Of a stretch of 64,000 nucleotides of DNA, positions 1 through 10,292 are shown in pieces. The stretch comes from Macrostomum hystrix (taxonomy: Eukaryota > Animalia > Platyhelminthes). The notes beneath the pieces are model-generated. The model saw only the letters and a list, made by a program, of their open reading frames with translations, was not told the DNA's origin and searched no databases. The stretch spans positions 3,038,001-3,102,000 of the forward strand of contig CATNEN010000030.1 in assembly GCA_950097015.1 (NCBI GenBank), in the 5' to 3' direction. Both the position numbers and the translations under genes were made by a program. Within the stretch, counting starts at the first letter, position 1, and every line of letters begins with the position of its first letter.

Positions 1-145
1 ACCACCCTATTTCTCCCCCCTGGGGAAAGACCACGCTATTTCTCCCCCCTGGGGAAAAACCACGGGGTAATCCAAATACCCACTGCCTACATCATGCGCT
101 CTGGCTCGTAAAATTTTTTTTCACCTGCCTGCTATCATACACCGT

Positions 146-1151
146 GTGGACCGACTAACAGTCAGACAACTCAAGAGTGAGCTGGGTAGCCGAGGGCTCT
201 CAACCGCAGGTAATAAGTCGGCCCTGCAAGCCAGACTGAGACAACACGAGGGGCAGTCACAGCCTCAAGACGGCGGGACGCACCTGAACCATTCGGCATC
301 GACATCGGCATCGGCATCCACCAAGTCCCGACCAAGGCCGGGACCCACGGGAGGCGGACCTGGACGGTGAGATTCGGCGGGCGCAGAAACGACTGCAGCT
401 CCTACAGCTTCAAAAACGCGAGCGAGAGCTTCGGGAACGCGCCGTCGTGACTGCTCGTACAGAATCAGGTGAGCAGCAGAATCTCTTTGCTGAACTTCTC
501 AACCCAACAGGCCCCGTCAGCGCTAGAGCCAACCCCCGGCCGGTCGGGCAGCCGTGTCTGCTCGTCAGAGACTTTGTCGATGATCTGTCAGACCAGGCTG
601 ACGAGTTGCTCACCCTGGGCAGCTCTGGCGGCCTCGTGCTCAAGAAGTCGACGACCAAGCTAGACGGCATGACAGTTGGACAGTGGTTGGCCGGCAGCAT
701 GAAGATCCTGCTTTAGATGCTTGAAGACACAGCGCCGCAGGTGACCAGCAAGGGCCAGGTGTACAGCACAACTGAGCAAGTCAAAGACTACGCCCAGTAC
801 AATGTCCAGGTGGCCGAGCTATTGGACAGATTCCCGGCGCACCGGGTGATCAGATTCGACCCTGACTACCGCCAGCACCGCGCAGCCAACAGACTTCGCT
901 GGGGCAAGGACTGCGCCCAGATGTCGATCAGGCACCTGCACAGCATTAAGACGGACCAGTACAACCAGAGAGCCAAACGAAACCAGAATAGCAACAAGAG
1001 CCGCGTCATGGGTCCGCGGACATCCTCAGGCCGTGAGCTGTGCTTGTCCTTCAACAGCACCAACGGCTGCATGAGGAACAATTGCCGATTCCTCCATGCC
1101 TGCCGAATCTGTGAGGGCAGCCACTCCGAGCAGAATCACGCAAAAAACTGA
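146..1151 (+). pseudogene. Disrupted gag-like ORF1: N-terminal SAP domain, Ngaro-type gag core, CCCH-like zinc knuckle
   Basis: LTVRQLKSELGSRGLSTAGNKSALQARL matches the SAP pattern. ORFs 447-716 and 717-1151 are in the same frame, split by one TAG. The C-terminus is CLSFNSTNGCMRNNCRFLHACRICEGSH. No ATG precedes the SAP part, which is frameshifted relative to the rest. Confidence 0.7.
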
Positions 1152-1225
1152 GCAAGCGCGCCGACACGGCGCGCGAAACCTATTTTACGCCTCCTGCTTT
1201 TAACTGCCTCGCTGAGCCCGCTCCC

Positions 1226-1735
1226 GTGCCCTGCATCGTCAAGCCTCCAGCGCGGATGTCCGATCTGACGCAGCCAGTGGGTGATCTCCGCATCGACGCC
1301 TGGCGCTCCGAGCTTGTTGGCGACCCCGACGCTGATTTTATTCTCGACGGCATCGAGAGTGGCTTCTCGATTGTCGATGACTTCGACTTTACACCTTGTT
1401 TCTGCAGCAACTACCAGTCCGTCAACCGGAATCGCGACCAAGTCCAAGCTGTTATCGTAGAAGAAATCCGCGCCCGTCGGCTCCTCGGCGCCGCCCCAAG
1501 GAGCAAACAAGCGTTGCGGCCGGCCGGCCGACCTGCAGCAGCTGCACGGCGTGCTGCGACCAGAAGAGCCCAGGGACTGCGCATTCTGGTGTGCCTGCAT
1601 CGTGGGCTGGTGGGCCATGCTGCGGCGAGCCAACCTGTGCGTATCCGGCCGGTTCAATCCGCAGCGAGACCTCAGCGCGAGCTGCATCCGGCCGTCAAGG
1701 GCCGGCGTCATCCTCGTCATTCCGCTGCCTTTGTC
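1226..1735 (+). pseudogene. Fused remnants: pol (RT) N-terminus (~1226-1475) joined to a tyrosine recombinase fragment (~1476-1735)
   Basis: LRIDAWRSELVGDPDADFILDGIESGF is typical of the pre-RT region of DIRS/Ngaro pol. RLLGAAPRSKQALRP / DLQQLHGVL...DCAFWCACIVGWWAMLRRANL matches the YR box with the first catalytic Arg. The RT/RNase H core is absent. Confidence 0.7.
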
Positions 1736-2224
1736 GCCACGCCTGTACCTTCCCTCTTGCTGCTTTTGGCCCTGTTGGCTAAATACCCACTGCCTACATC
1801 ACAATGACTCCCAAAAACTTTCGTGAAAGTCCACCATTCTAGATAAACATTTCGCCCTCTTCGATAAACCAACTTTCAAAGCCGCCCGACGTCAGCATCG
1901 TCGAGACATTGGTTCAATAATAAATAATATAATCAATCCAATATAGTCAAGAATAATAGCCGACATGGTTACCTGTTGTAGTTTTGTGAAAAAGAAAATA
2001 TGTGACTATTTTGTAGTTTTTTGCCAACAGACACACCGACGATGCAGATGTTTTTGGTTTTAAAAGTTGTTTCATCGGATTGAGCGGAAAAATATAGCCA
2101 GTGTTTCATGGCAACTGGTTGAATATTTTGAGAGATACGGGAAAGATAAAATGTTGTATTTTTAATACCTCCGTGGTCTTGCTACAGTTAAAAGAATTAT
2201 TTACAATGAAAAATCGGGAAAAAC

Positions 2225-2400
2225 CGCACCAAGGCGGCCTGGCCCGCATTGGCACGCGCGTGGGCGGTGGGAATTACCCACCTGGACGGCCTCAGCTCTC
2301 CAGTTTGGGCACGAATGCGGGTCGCTAGTTCCAAAAGCTCCCGGACATGGGGGCCGAATGCGCCCAGAATCTAATCACCAAGCGGGCGGAAGGCGCGCAG
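2225..2400 (-). mobile_element. Possible degraded 3' end of a CRE-like (restriction-like endonuclease) non-LTR retrotransposon
   Basis: Minus-strand translation FRPLGD*ILGAFGPHVRELLELATRIRAQTGE, then AVQVGNS in a shifted frame, resembles the F.PLA.ETLG.WGP...TG...AVQRGNA C-terminal motif of these elements. Confidence 0.4.
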
Positions 2401-2455
2401 CGGCGATCGCAGAGGCGTGAAGATGGTCGAGCCCAAAGCCAACTTGGGAAGGGAG

Positions 2456-3100
2456 AAATCCCAACTCAGTCTTCACACCTTCAGCACCCACCTCAGCCTT
2501 CTCACCTTCAGCACCCACCTCAGTCTTCACACCTTCAACAACCACCTCAGTCTTCACACCTTCAACACCCACCTCAGTCTTCACACCTTCAGCACCCACC
2601 TCAGTCTTCACGCCTTCAACACCCACCTCAGTCTTCACACCTTCAGCACCCACCTCAGTCTTCACACCTTCAACACCCACCTCAGTCTTCACACCTTCAG
2701 CACCCACCTCAGCCTTCACACCTTCAACATCCACCTCAGCCTTCACACCTTCAACATCCACCTCAGTCTTCACACCTTCAACACCCACCTCAGTCTTCAC
2801 ACCTTCAACACCCACCTCAGTTTTCACACTATCAACACCCACCTCAGTTTTCACACTATCAACACCCACCTCAGTTTTCACACTATCAACACCCACCTCA
2901 GTTTTCACACTATCAACACCCACCTCAGTTTTCACACTATCAACACCCACCTCAGTTTTCACACTATCAACACCCACCTCAGTTTTCACACTATCAACAC
3001 CCACCTCAGTTTTCACACTATCAACACTCACCTCAGTCTTCACGCCTTCAACACCCACCTCAGTCTTTGCACCTTCAACACCCACCTCAGTTTTCAGACA
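2456..3100. repeat. 27-bp minisatellite (CACCCACCTCAGTCTTCACACCTTCAA), ~24 copies with variant blocks
   Basis: Directly visible periodicity; produces the 9-aa repeat ORFs in three frames. Confidence 0.95.
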
Positions 3101-3331
3101 CTAAACACCCGGACGAGAATCGTTGAATACCTCGAAGATGCCGATGTTATATGATTCTGGAAGTTTTTTCTAGATTTTCATGGTGATTGGTTGAGAATTT
3201 TAGGATTACATTTCTTTATATTACAGAAAAAGAAAAATGTCGGTATTAGAAATAACACATATGGTCTCTCTACTGTTAATCAATGGGAACTATATTGCAC
3301 TCATGAAATGATCATCTCCTTGGCGTCATTT

Positions 3332-3557
3332 CAACTGAGCTTAACAGACTCTCAAGCAGGTGTCAACTCTGCCAACTGTCAACTCGTCAACTGAGCTTAA
3401 CAGACTCTCAAGCAGGTGTCAACTCGTCAACTGAGCTTAACAGACTCTCAAGCAGGTGTCAACTCGTCAACTGAGCTTAACAGACTCTCAAGCAGGTGTC
3501 AACTCGTCAACTGAGCTTAACAGACTCTCAAGCAGGTGTCAACTCGTCAACTGAGTT
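3332..3557. repeat. 40-bp tandem repeat (AACTGAGCTTAACAGACTCTCAAGCAGGTGTCAACTCGTC), ~5 copies, just downstream of the PLA2 stop
   Basis: Directly visible. Confidence 0.9.
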
Positions 3558-3621
3558 AACGATTCGGTGCAAATCTATGCGTAAATACTAATTTAACCCA
3601 GCGAATTTGAGCTCTCTGTAC

Positions 3622-6600
3622 TCAATCGGTGCCAGCCCTAAACGCCGCCCGGCCAAGATTTTCCACAAGTCCCTCCAGGTCATTGTTGTAAAAGAATGGC
3701 AATCGACGCAAATCAGCAAACTGTCCTGTTGAATTTCTGAGACAGCGTCCACGAGTGTCCCTCGCCAGACAGGTGGTCCGGTTCACTAGCACGAAGCACG
3801 GCATTCGGACTAGGCGAAAGAACCAGTCAATCACCGACTGTCCTTCGGTGTCCTTAGATCTCCGGAGACAATAGTAAAAACTGCGGAGGAGGGTGTAAAG
3901 TCGATTTTTAGTTTTTACTGATTCAAGGATAATTTGTCAGAGCTGCTAGAAGGTTGTTGCCTTATAGGGGTTCCAGCCAAGTAGGGGGTTGTAGCCAAGT
4001 AGGGGGTTGTAACCAAGTAGGGGGTTGTAGCCAAGTAGGGGGTTGTAGCCAAGTAGGGGGTTGTAGCCAAGTAGGGGGTTGAAGCCTAGTAGGGGGTTGT
4101 AGCCTAGTAGGGGGTTGTAGCCTAGTAGGGGGTTGTAGCCTAGTAGGGGGTTGTAGCCTACCAAGTTGGGGTTTGATGTCTAGTAGGGGGTTTTAGCCTA
4201 GTAGGGGGCTGTTGCCTAGTAGGGGGTTGTAGCCTAGTAGGGGGTTGTAGCCTAGTAGGGGGTTGTAGCCTAGTAGGGGGTTGTAGCCTAGTAGGGGGTT
4301 GTAGCCTAGTAGGGGGTTGTAGCCTAGTAGGGGCTTGTAGCCTAGTAGGGGGTTGTAGCCTAGTAGGGGGCTGTAGCCTAGTAGGGGGCTGTAGCCTAGT
4401 AGGGGGTTGTAGCCTAGTAGGGGGTTGTAGCCTACCCAGTAGGGGGCTGTAGCCTAGTAGGGGGTTGTAGCCTAGTAGGGGGTTGTAGCCTACCCAGTAT
4501 GGGGCTGTAGCCTAGTAGGGGGTTGTAGCCTAGTAAGGGGTTGTAGCCTACCCAGTAGGGGGTTGTAGCCTAGTAGGGGGTTGTAGCCTAGTAGGGGGTT
4601 GTAGCCTAGTAGGGGGCTGTAGCCTAGTAGGGGGCTGTAGCCTAGTAGGGGTTGTAGCCTAGTAGGGGGTTGTAGCCTAGTAGGGGGTTGTAGCCTAGTA
4701 GGGGGCTGTAGCCTAGTAGGGGTTGTAGCCTAGTAGGGGGCTGTAGCCTAGTAGGGGTTGTAGCCTAGTAGGGGGTTGTAGCCTAGTAGGGGGCTGTAGC
4801 CTAGTAGGGGTTGTAGCCTAGTAGGGGGCTGTAGCCTAGTAGGGGTTTGTAGCCTACCCAGTAGGGGGTTGTAGCCTAGTAGGGGGTTGTAGCCTAGTGG
4901 TTAGAGCGTTGGACTCACGATTTGAAGGTTAGGGGTTCGATTCCCGACTCCACTTTTAGCAAGACACTTAACACAGCATTGCTTCAGTTCATCAGCTGTT
5001 AAATGGGTACCAGCAATAACTGGAGTAATTGAGGGTGGGTGTGGCGTCCCCCCAGTCCATGGACTGAACAGCCGTACGCAGCCTTCAGATGCGCCGCGCA
5101 ATAGCTGCGGCTGTGCTGTTGGCTGCACATCTGACCCTATTGGGGCAGGTGTAATCAATGACTAAATAATTATTATTGTAGGCAAGAACAGTCAAATCTA
5201 CCTGACATCACATTCGCAGTGAGAAATAGTGAAATGAAAGATGCTAGTGTAGCCATATCGAGTCTGAAATGGGTTGATCACTCGTTGGCAGTGGTCGTGG
5301 TCCCGGCAGCATTGGTCAGTTTCAAATGCACTGCCAAGTTGAGCGTAGGTTCTGGCAGTAGTGCCTTAGTGATCAAATTAAGCAGCATAATAGCAACACA
5401 TTTTGACCCGGTGTCTCTTGAATAGCCATGAAATCACCAAGCATTCAGTGCGCTTCTCACTGCCTGACCCAGTGCTTTGGTGCATTGTCCACTTCCCCTA
5501 ATCCTTTGGTGTACTGTCCACTATCCCCTAATCCTTTGGTGTACTGTCCACTATCCCCTAATCCTTTGGTGTACTGTCCACTATCCCCTAATCCTTTGGT
5601 GTACTGTCCACTATCCCCAAATCCTTTGGTGCATTGTCCACTATCCCCTAATCCTTTGGTGTACTGTCCACTATCCCCTAATCCTTTGGTGTACTGTCCA
5701 CTATCCCCTAATACTTTGGTGTACTGTCCACTATCCCCTAATACTTTGGTGTACTGTCCACTATCCCCTAATCCTTTGGTGTACTGTCCACTATCCCCTA
5801 ATCCATTGGTGCATTGTCCACTATCCCCTAATCCTTTGGTGCATTGTCCACTATCCCCTAATCCTTTGGTGTACTGTCCACTATCCCCTAATCCTTTGGT
5901 GTACTGTCCACTATCCCCTAATCCTTTGGTGTACTGTCCACTATCCCCTAATCCTTTGGTGTACTGTCCACTATCCCCTAATCCTTTGGTGTACTGTCCA
6001 CTATCCCCAAATCCTTTGGTGCATTGTCCACTATCCCCTAATCCTTTGGTGTACTGTCCACTATCCCCTAATCCTTTGGTGTACTGTCCACTATCCCCTA
6101 ATACTTTGGTGTACTGTCCACTATCCCCTAATACTTTGGTGTACTGTCCACTATCCCCTAATCCTTTGGTGTACTGTCCACTATCCCCTAATCCATTGGT
6201 GCATTGTCCACTATCCCCTAATCCTTTGGTGCATTGTCCACTATCCCCTAATCCTTTGGTGTACTGTCCACTATCCCCTAATCCTTTGGTGTACTGTCCA
6301 CTATCCCCTAATCCTTTGGTGCATTGTCCACTATCCCCTAATCCTTTGGTGTACTGTCCACTATCCCCTAATCCTTTGGTGTACTGTCCACTATCCCATA
6401 ATCCTTTGGTGTACTGTCCACTATCCCCTAATCCTTTGGTGTACTGTCCACTATCCCATAATCCTTTGGTGTACTGTCCACTATCCCCTAATCCTTTGGT
6501 GTACTGTCCACTATCCCATAATCCTTTGGTGCATTGTCCACCATCCCCTAATATTTTGGTGTACTGTCCACTATCCCCTAATACTTTGGTGTACTGTCCA

Positions 6601-7652
6601 CTATCCCCTAATCCTTTGGTGTACTGTCCACTATCCCCTAATCCTTTGGTGCATTGTCCACTATCCCCTAATCCTTTGGTGCATTGTCCACTATCCCCTA
6701 ATCCATTGGTGCATTGTCCACTATCCCCTAATCCTTTGGTGCATTGTCCACTATCCCCTAATCCTTTGGTGCATTGTCCACTATCCCCTAATCCTTTGGT
6801 GTACTGTCCACTATCCCCTAATCCTTTGGTGCATTGTCCACTATCCCCTAATCCTTTGGTGCATTGTCCACTATCCCCTAATCCATTGGTGCATTGTCCA
6901 CTATCCCCTAATCCTTTGGTGTACTGTCCACTATCCCCTAATCCTTTGGTGTACTGTCCACTATCCCCAAATCCTTTGGTGTACTGTCCACTATCCCCAA
7001 ATCCTTTGGTGTACTGTCCACTATCCCCTAATCCTTTGGTGTACTGTCCACTATCCCCTAATCCTTTGGTGCATTGTCCACTATCCCTTAATCCTTTGTT
7101 GCATTGTCCACTATCCCCTAATACTTTGGTGTACTGTCCACTATCCCCTAATACTTTGGTGTACTGTCCACTATCCCCTAATCCTTTGGTGTACTGTCCA
7201 CTATCCCCTAATACTTTGGTGTACTGTCCACTATCCCCTAATCCTTTGGTGTACTGTCCACTATCCCCTAATCCTTTGGTGCATTGTCCACTATCCCCTA
7301 ATCCTTTGGTGCATTGTCCACTATCCCCTAATCCTTTGGTGCATTGTCCACTATCCCCACTACTGTCTCTACTCCGATGTCTATTCATTTAAGTCCTTTG
7401 TTTCCCTATCTCTAGCCATCTGTCTTCTATCGCTAGTCCTTTGTCTACTATCTCTAGAGCATTATCTACTACCTGTTATGTCTACTATATTTATATTTCA
7501 TAAAAAATGAAAGGGAGCAACTCACCCATGCCGCACCACTTAGTCTTGGGGTGTATAAATACAGAACTAGCATTGTAGTTAACGCACAGCAGAGGGGATG
7601 GGAAAAACAGTAGAATTGCAGTGACAATGAGACTGGCACTGTTTGTAGTCAT
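3622..7652 (-). CDS. Secreted group III (bee-venom-like) phospholipase A2, 182 aa; exons 7652-7526, 5364-5202, 3880-3622
   Basis: Hand-spliced: signal peptide MTTNSASLIVTAILLFFPSPLLC, then FIHPKTKWCGMG|TTARTYAQLGSAFETDQCCRDHDHC...SHCECDVS|FYYCLRRSKD...WFFRLVRMPCFVL. It has the Ca-loop WCGxG, the catalytic HD and the CxCD motif. Exon lengths 127+163+259=549 nt with GT-AG introns and consistent phases. Confidence 0.9.
3965..4888. repeat. 18-bp minisatellite (GGGGGTTGTAGCCTAGTA), ~50 copies, in PLA2 intron 2, running directly into a SINE head
   Basis: Visible periodicity; the last unit continues as GTTGTAGCCTAGTGGTTAGAGC. Confidence 0.95.
4885..5178 (+). mobile_element. tRNA-derived SINE, copy 1
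   Basis: A box TAGCCTAGTGG and B box GGTTCGATTCC, tRNA-unrelated body and AT-rich (TAT)n-like tail; homologous copies at 19265-19484 and 61895-62158. Confidence 0.85.
5477..7358. repeat. 30-bp minisatellite (GTACTGTCCACTATCCCCTAATCCTTTGGT), ~62 copies, in PLA2 intron 1
   Basis: Visible periodicity; variant units recur 390 bp (13 units) apart, e.g. 5611 and 6001. Confidence 0.95.
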
Positions 7653-8219
7653 GACTTCTGTTAGACAGGATGGCCGTATTTGCTATACAATATCTAGCTT
7701 AAAATCATCTAGCGAATGTAATACGCTGGCTTTAGGCTTGAGTCTGCATGTAACTGAGGTCTAGATAAACAAGAATCGTATAAAGTTATATAGTCGGCTA
7801 TTTTATCCGGTAATATAGAATCTGTGATTTTATCTGCGCTTTGACCATAGACTATTCGCTATTTACTATTTACTAGGCGACAAACCCCTACTAGAAGTCA
7901 AATATAATTGAAAGTACGCCTCGTATCCTCTGGGGCCGATTTCATGAAACACTGCTAAGTTAGCAGTTAGCAGCTGCTAATTTAGCAGTTGCTATTTAGC
8001 AGTTGTGGTAAGAATATTTCACGCTGAGCTGTAAGGCGGCTTTCACAAAGCTCTGTGGAGGGTGAAGAGAGTGGAGAGACCACTGTTACCAGTGAAGTGT
8101 CTATGGCATGAACCCCCGATTTAGCAGCAGAAAATTTTTTCGGTTTCATGAAAGTAGCAGTCTGCTAAAGAGGTTAGGAATTCGCGGTTAAATTTGAGCA
8201 TCACTCGGAACAGGCTAAG

Positions 8220-8545
8220 ATGGACTTTCTTGATGACTTTAACCTCGTTGACTACCAACTTAACCAACGAAGACCACGAGAATTTAGAGACAGAGTAAAT
8301 TTAGACGCGGACCTTGATTTCCGCCAGCGCTTTCGAATGAATGCGGAAACTGTCGAGTTGCTACTGGAACGGGTTGGTCCTCAATTGGAACACGATACCA
8401 ACCGAAGCTGCGCCTTGAGTTCGCGTGAGCAGACTTTGACTGCCCTGCGGTTTTTTGCGACCAACAGCTTCTACCACGTGATCCGAGACGCCCACGGACC
8501 GTCGGAGTCAACAGTGTGTCGAGTTGTGAGACGCGTGGCCAGTTT
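8220..8545 (+). pseudogene. Truncated Harbinger (HARBI1-like) transposase N-terminus
   Basis: FRQRFRMNAETVELLLERVGPQL...LSSREQTLTALRFFATNSFYHVIRDAHGPSESTVCRVV is the typical Harbinger HTH region; the DDE domain is missing. Confidence 0.85.
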
Positions 8546-8780
8546 GTCGGCGAGCGTCAATTTTTTTCAGACTCGTCAGGCGGATGTTCTTCCACAGAGT
8601 ATCGCGTAAATACTCAACTGTTTTGCAGAGTCCATTTGCCTCCATTTCAGCCCGGATGGATTCCCAAGCCTTTCGCTTTTTGGCTTTTGCTTCAGAGATG
8701 TCACTAAAGCTGCCGAAGATTGTAGCCTTCCGTTCATGCAGCAAACTCAGGAACAGCTTCTTCTGGTCCACGGACGCCAT
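8540..8780 (-). pseudogene. Truncated Harbinger Myb/SANT-like DNA-binding protein
   Basis: MASVDQKKLFLSLLHERKATIFGSFSDISEAKAKKRKAWESIRAEM...LRDTLWKNIR fits the Myb_DNA-bind_5 pattern; convergent with the transposase as in Harbingers. Confidence 0.8.
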
Positions 8781-9224
8781 ATGCGTAGGCGAACAAATTT
8801 GGTGGAGACAAGCAGAGGCAGGCAAAAATCGTTCTGTCTCTTTCTAGTTTTATGTGAGCTCCCTTACTCTACCGCTTTTAAGTTTGTCTATGGCACTAAC
8901 CGGCTGCTAAGGTTTCTGTCCAACTTAGCAGTTCGTCGTGAAATCGATTTTCCGCAACAGCTAAATAGCAGTTGCTTCTTAGCAGCTGCTAACTGCTGAC
9001 CTACCAGTGGTTCCATGACTCCGCACAAGTGGTCTTGGCCATAGACAAATATTGCTCGGAAGAAGTGGGCGGGCTTCACTGTTGATCCCTCGCCTACCAT
9101 TATGTACTCTAGTAAGCTCAGTGCTCTGACACATTGACACATAGACATAGATCTGCTTCGTGAAACCAAACCGCCTTTAGCAGCTGCTAAATAACCGTTA
9201 GCAGTGTTTCATGAAATTGGCCCC

Positions 9225-9347
9225 TGGCGTATCCTCGTGCTGCACAGGATCGCAGAAGAAGCGACAGCGGACATCACAGCGGTTAAGTGCGGAGGCTGGT
9301 TCCGGCATATGCTGCGCTACCTGCCTCGCTGCGTTGCGGGGGGGTGA
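9225..9347 (+). pseudogene. Isolated C-terminal fragment of an IS630/Tc1-type transposase related to the element at 10091
   Basis: WRILVLHRIAEEATADITAVKCGGWFRHMLRYLPRCVAGG* aligns by eye with WRVLVLHRIAETATTEVTVGKCGGWFQMMRFLPACMAGE near the end of 10293-11352. Confidence 0.75.
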
Positions 9348-9639
9348 TTTTTTGACACTGTTTAATGTTTCCCTTTGAAAAAGCGACAAAGCCGAAGCCA
9401 CAGTTCCGTTTCTGTTTATATGCCGTACACAGTGGCATATTAAATCTATGGGGCGGGACTAAATGCGTGTCCGACGGATCAAATCGATTGCTCTATGGTC
9501 ATACTTTTGGCCATAGACAACTTGAAAATCGGCCTGAAATTCTTGGATTTTGCCACTGTGGATTAAATCGAATGCTCGAAGGATCAATTGGTCTGCAAAA
9601 AGCTGTGTGAGATCGTAATATGGCTGTGTGAGAATTCAT

Positions 9640-9860
9640 GGCCATAGACATAATTCTGTAGTCGTAGAGAAATCGATAAAGGAATTGATAGAGGAATTGA
9701 TAAAATCGTTGACTCAGTTATTAATTAAGATTTTGGCACCCAAAATACCAAAATATTTTATGCCTCAGTTTGAGCCAAAAATTGGCCCCATCCTAACATT
9801 GATCATTCGAAGAGAACGCGAAACACAACAAGCTATTGTCTGATGTCTTTGTCTATGGCC
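9640..9860. mobile_element. Putative small MITE-like element bounded by GGCCATAGACA / TGTCTATGGCC
   Basis: 11-bp inverted repeat pair about 200 bp apart; no TSD established. Confidence 0.35.
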
Positions 9861-10292
9861 GTAAACGGAAGAAATTAGAGAGGCGCGAATGACCACTTTT
9901 TTTACCCTAAGCTTACTTGAGTTAGCTTCTTATATTACAAGCATGTCTATGGTTTAAGCCAAAGCAAATCTTAGATTCGTTAGTGATCAAACCAAATCGT
10001 GCTCAATTGTGAGAAAATCATGCATAGATCACCGTGTGAAAGACACGGAATTTGCGTTCCTCTAAAAAACACAAAAAGGCAATCATACTATAGCTTTTTG
10101 CAGCCTAGTTAATCCTGCAAGCATTCAATTTAGTCATAAGTAGGCGCAGCAATACTGCAGCAGTTGCTCTGGCAGCCTGTCTATGGCTCGGACTGTGGCA
10201 AACCTGCATTCAATTTAATCCTGCAAGCGCGCATTTAATCATTTTTACTACAGATCGTGCATTATTTATCAGTGCAATCTGTGACATGAGTA

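Larger units (their letters stand above)
1..1801 (+). mobile_element. Internally deleted DIRS/Ngaro-type tyrosine-recombinase retrotransposon (left end may extend beyond the window)
   Basis: Order is gag-like ORF with C-terminal Cys/His knuckle, then pol N-terminus, then tyrosine recombinase fragment. A 21-bp direct repeat AAATACCCACTGCCTACATCA occurs at 74-94 and 1781-1801. A ~30-bp tandem duplication with a TTCTCCCCCCTGGGGAAA core lies at 1-60. Confidence 0.75.
7933..9223. mobile_element. Non-autonomous (internally deleted) PIF/Harbinger DNA transposon
   Basis: TIRs GGGCC(G/A)ATTTCATGAAACACTGCTAA at both ends with one mismatch; 3-bp TSD CTG at 7930-7932 and 9224-9226; many subterminal (T)TAGCAG repeats; remnants of both Harbinger genes inside. 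Confidence 0.9.

Noticed and set aside
2347-3154. Mucin- or antifreeze-like 9-aa repeat ORFs
   Set aside because: A 27-bp array open in several frames on both strands; no signal peptide or splice support.
4885-4960. tRNA gene (also at ~19420-19484 and ~62090-62158)
   Set aside because: A and B boxes are present, but the cloverleaf is not conserved between copies and each continues into a shared SINE body.
5428-7510. 650-680-aa repeat ORFs in three frames
   Set aside because: A 30-bp minisatellite inside PLA2 intron 1.
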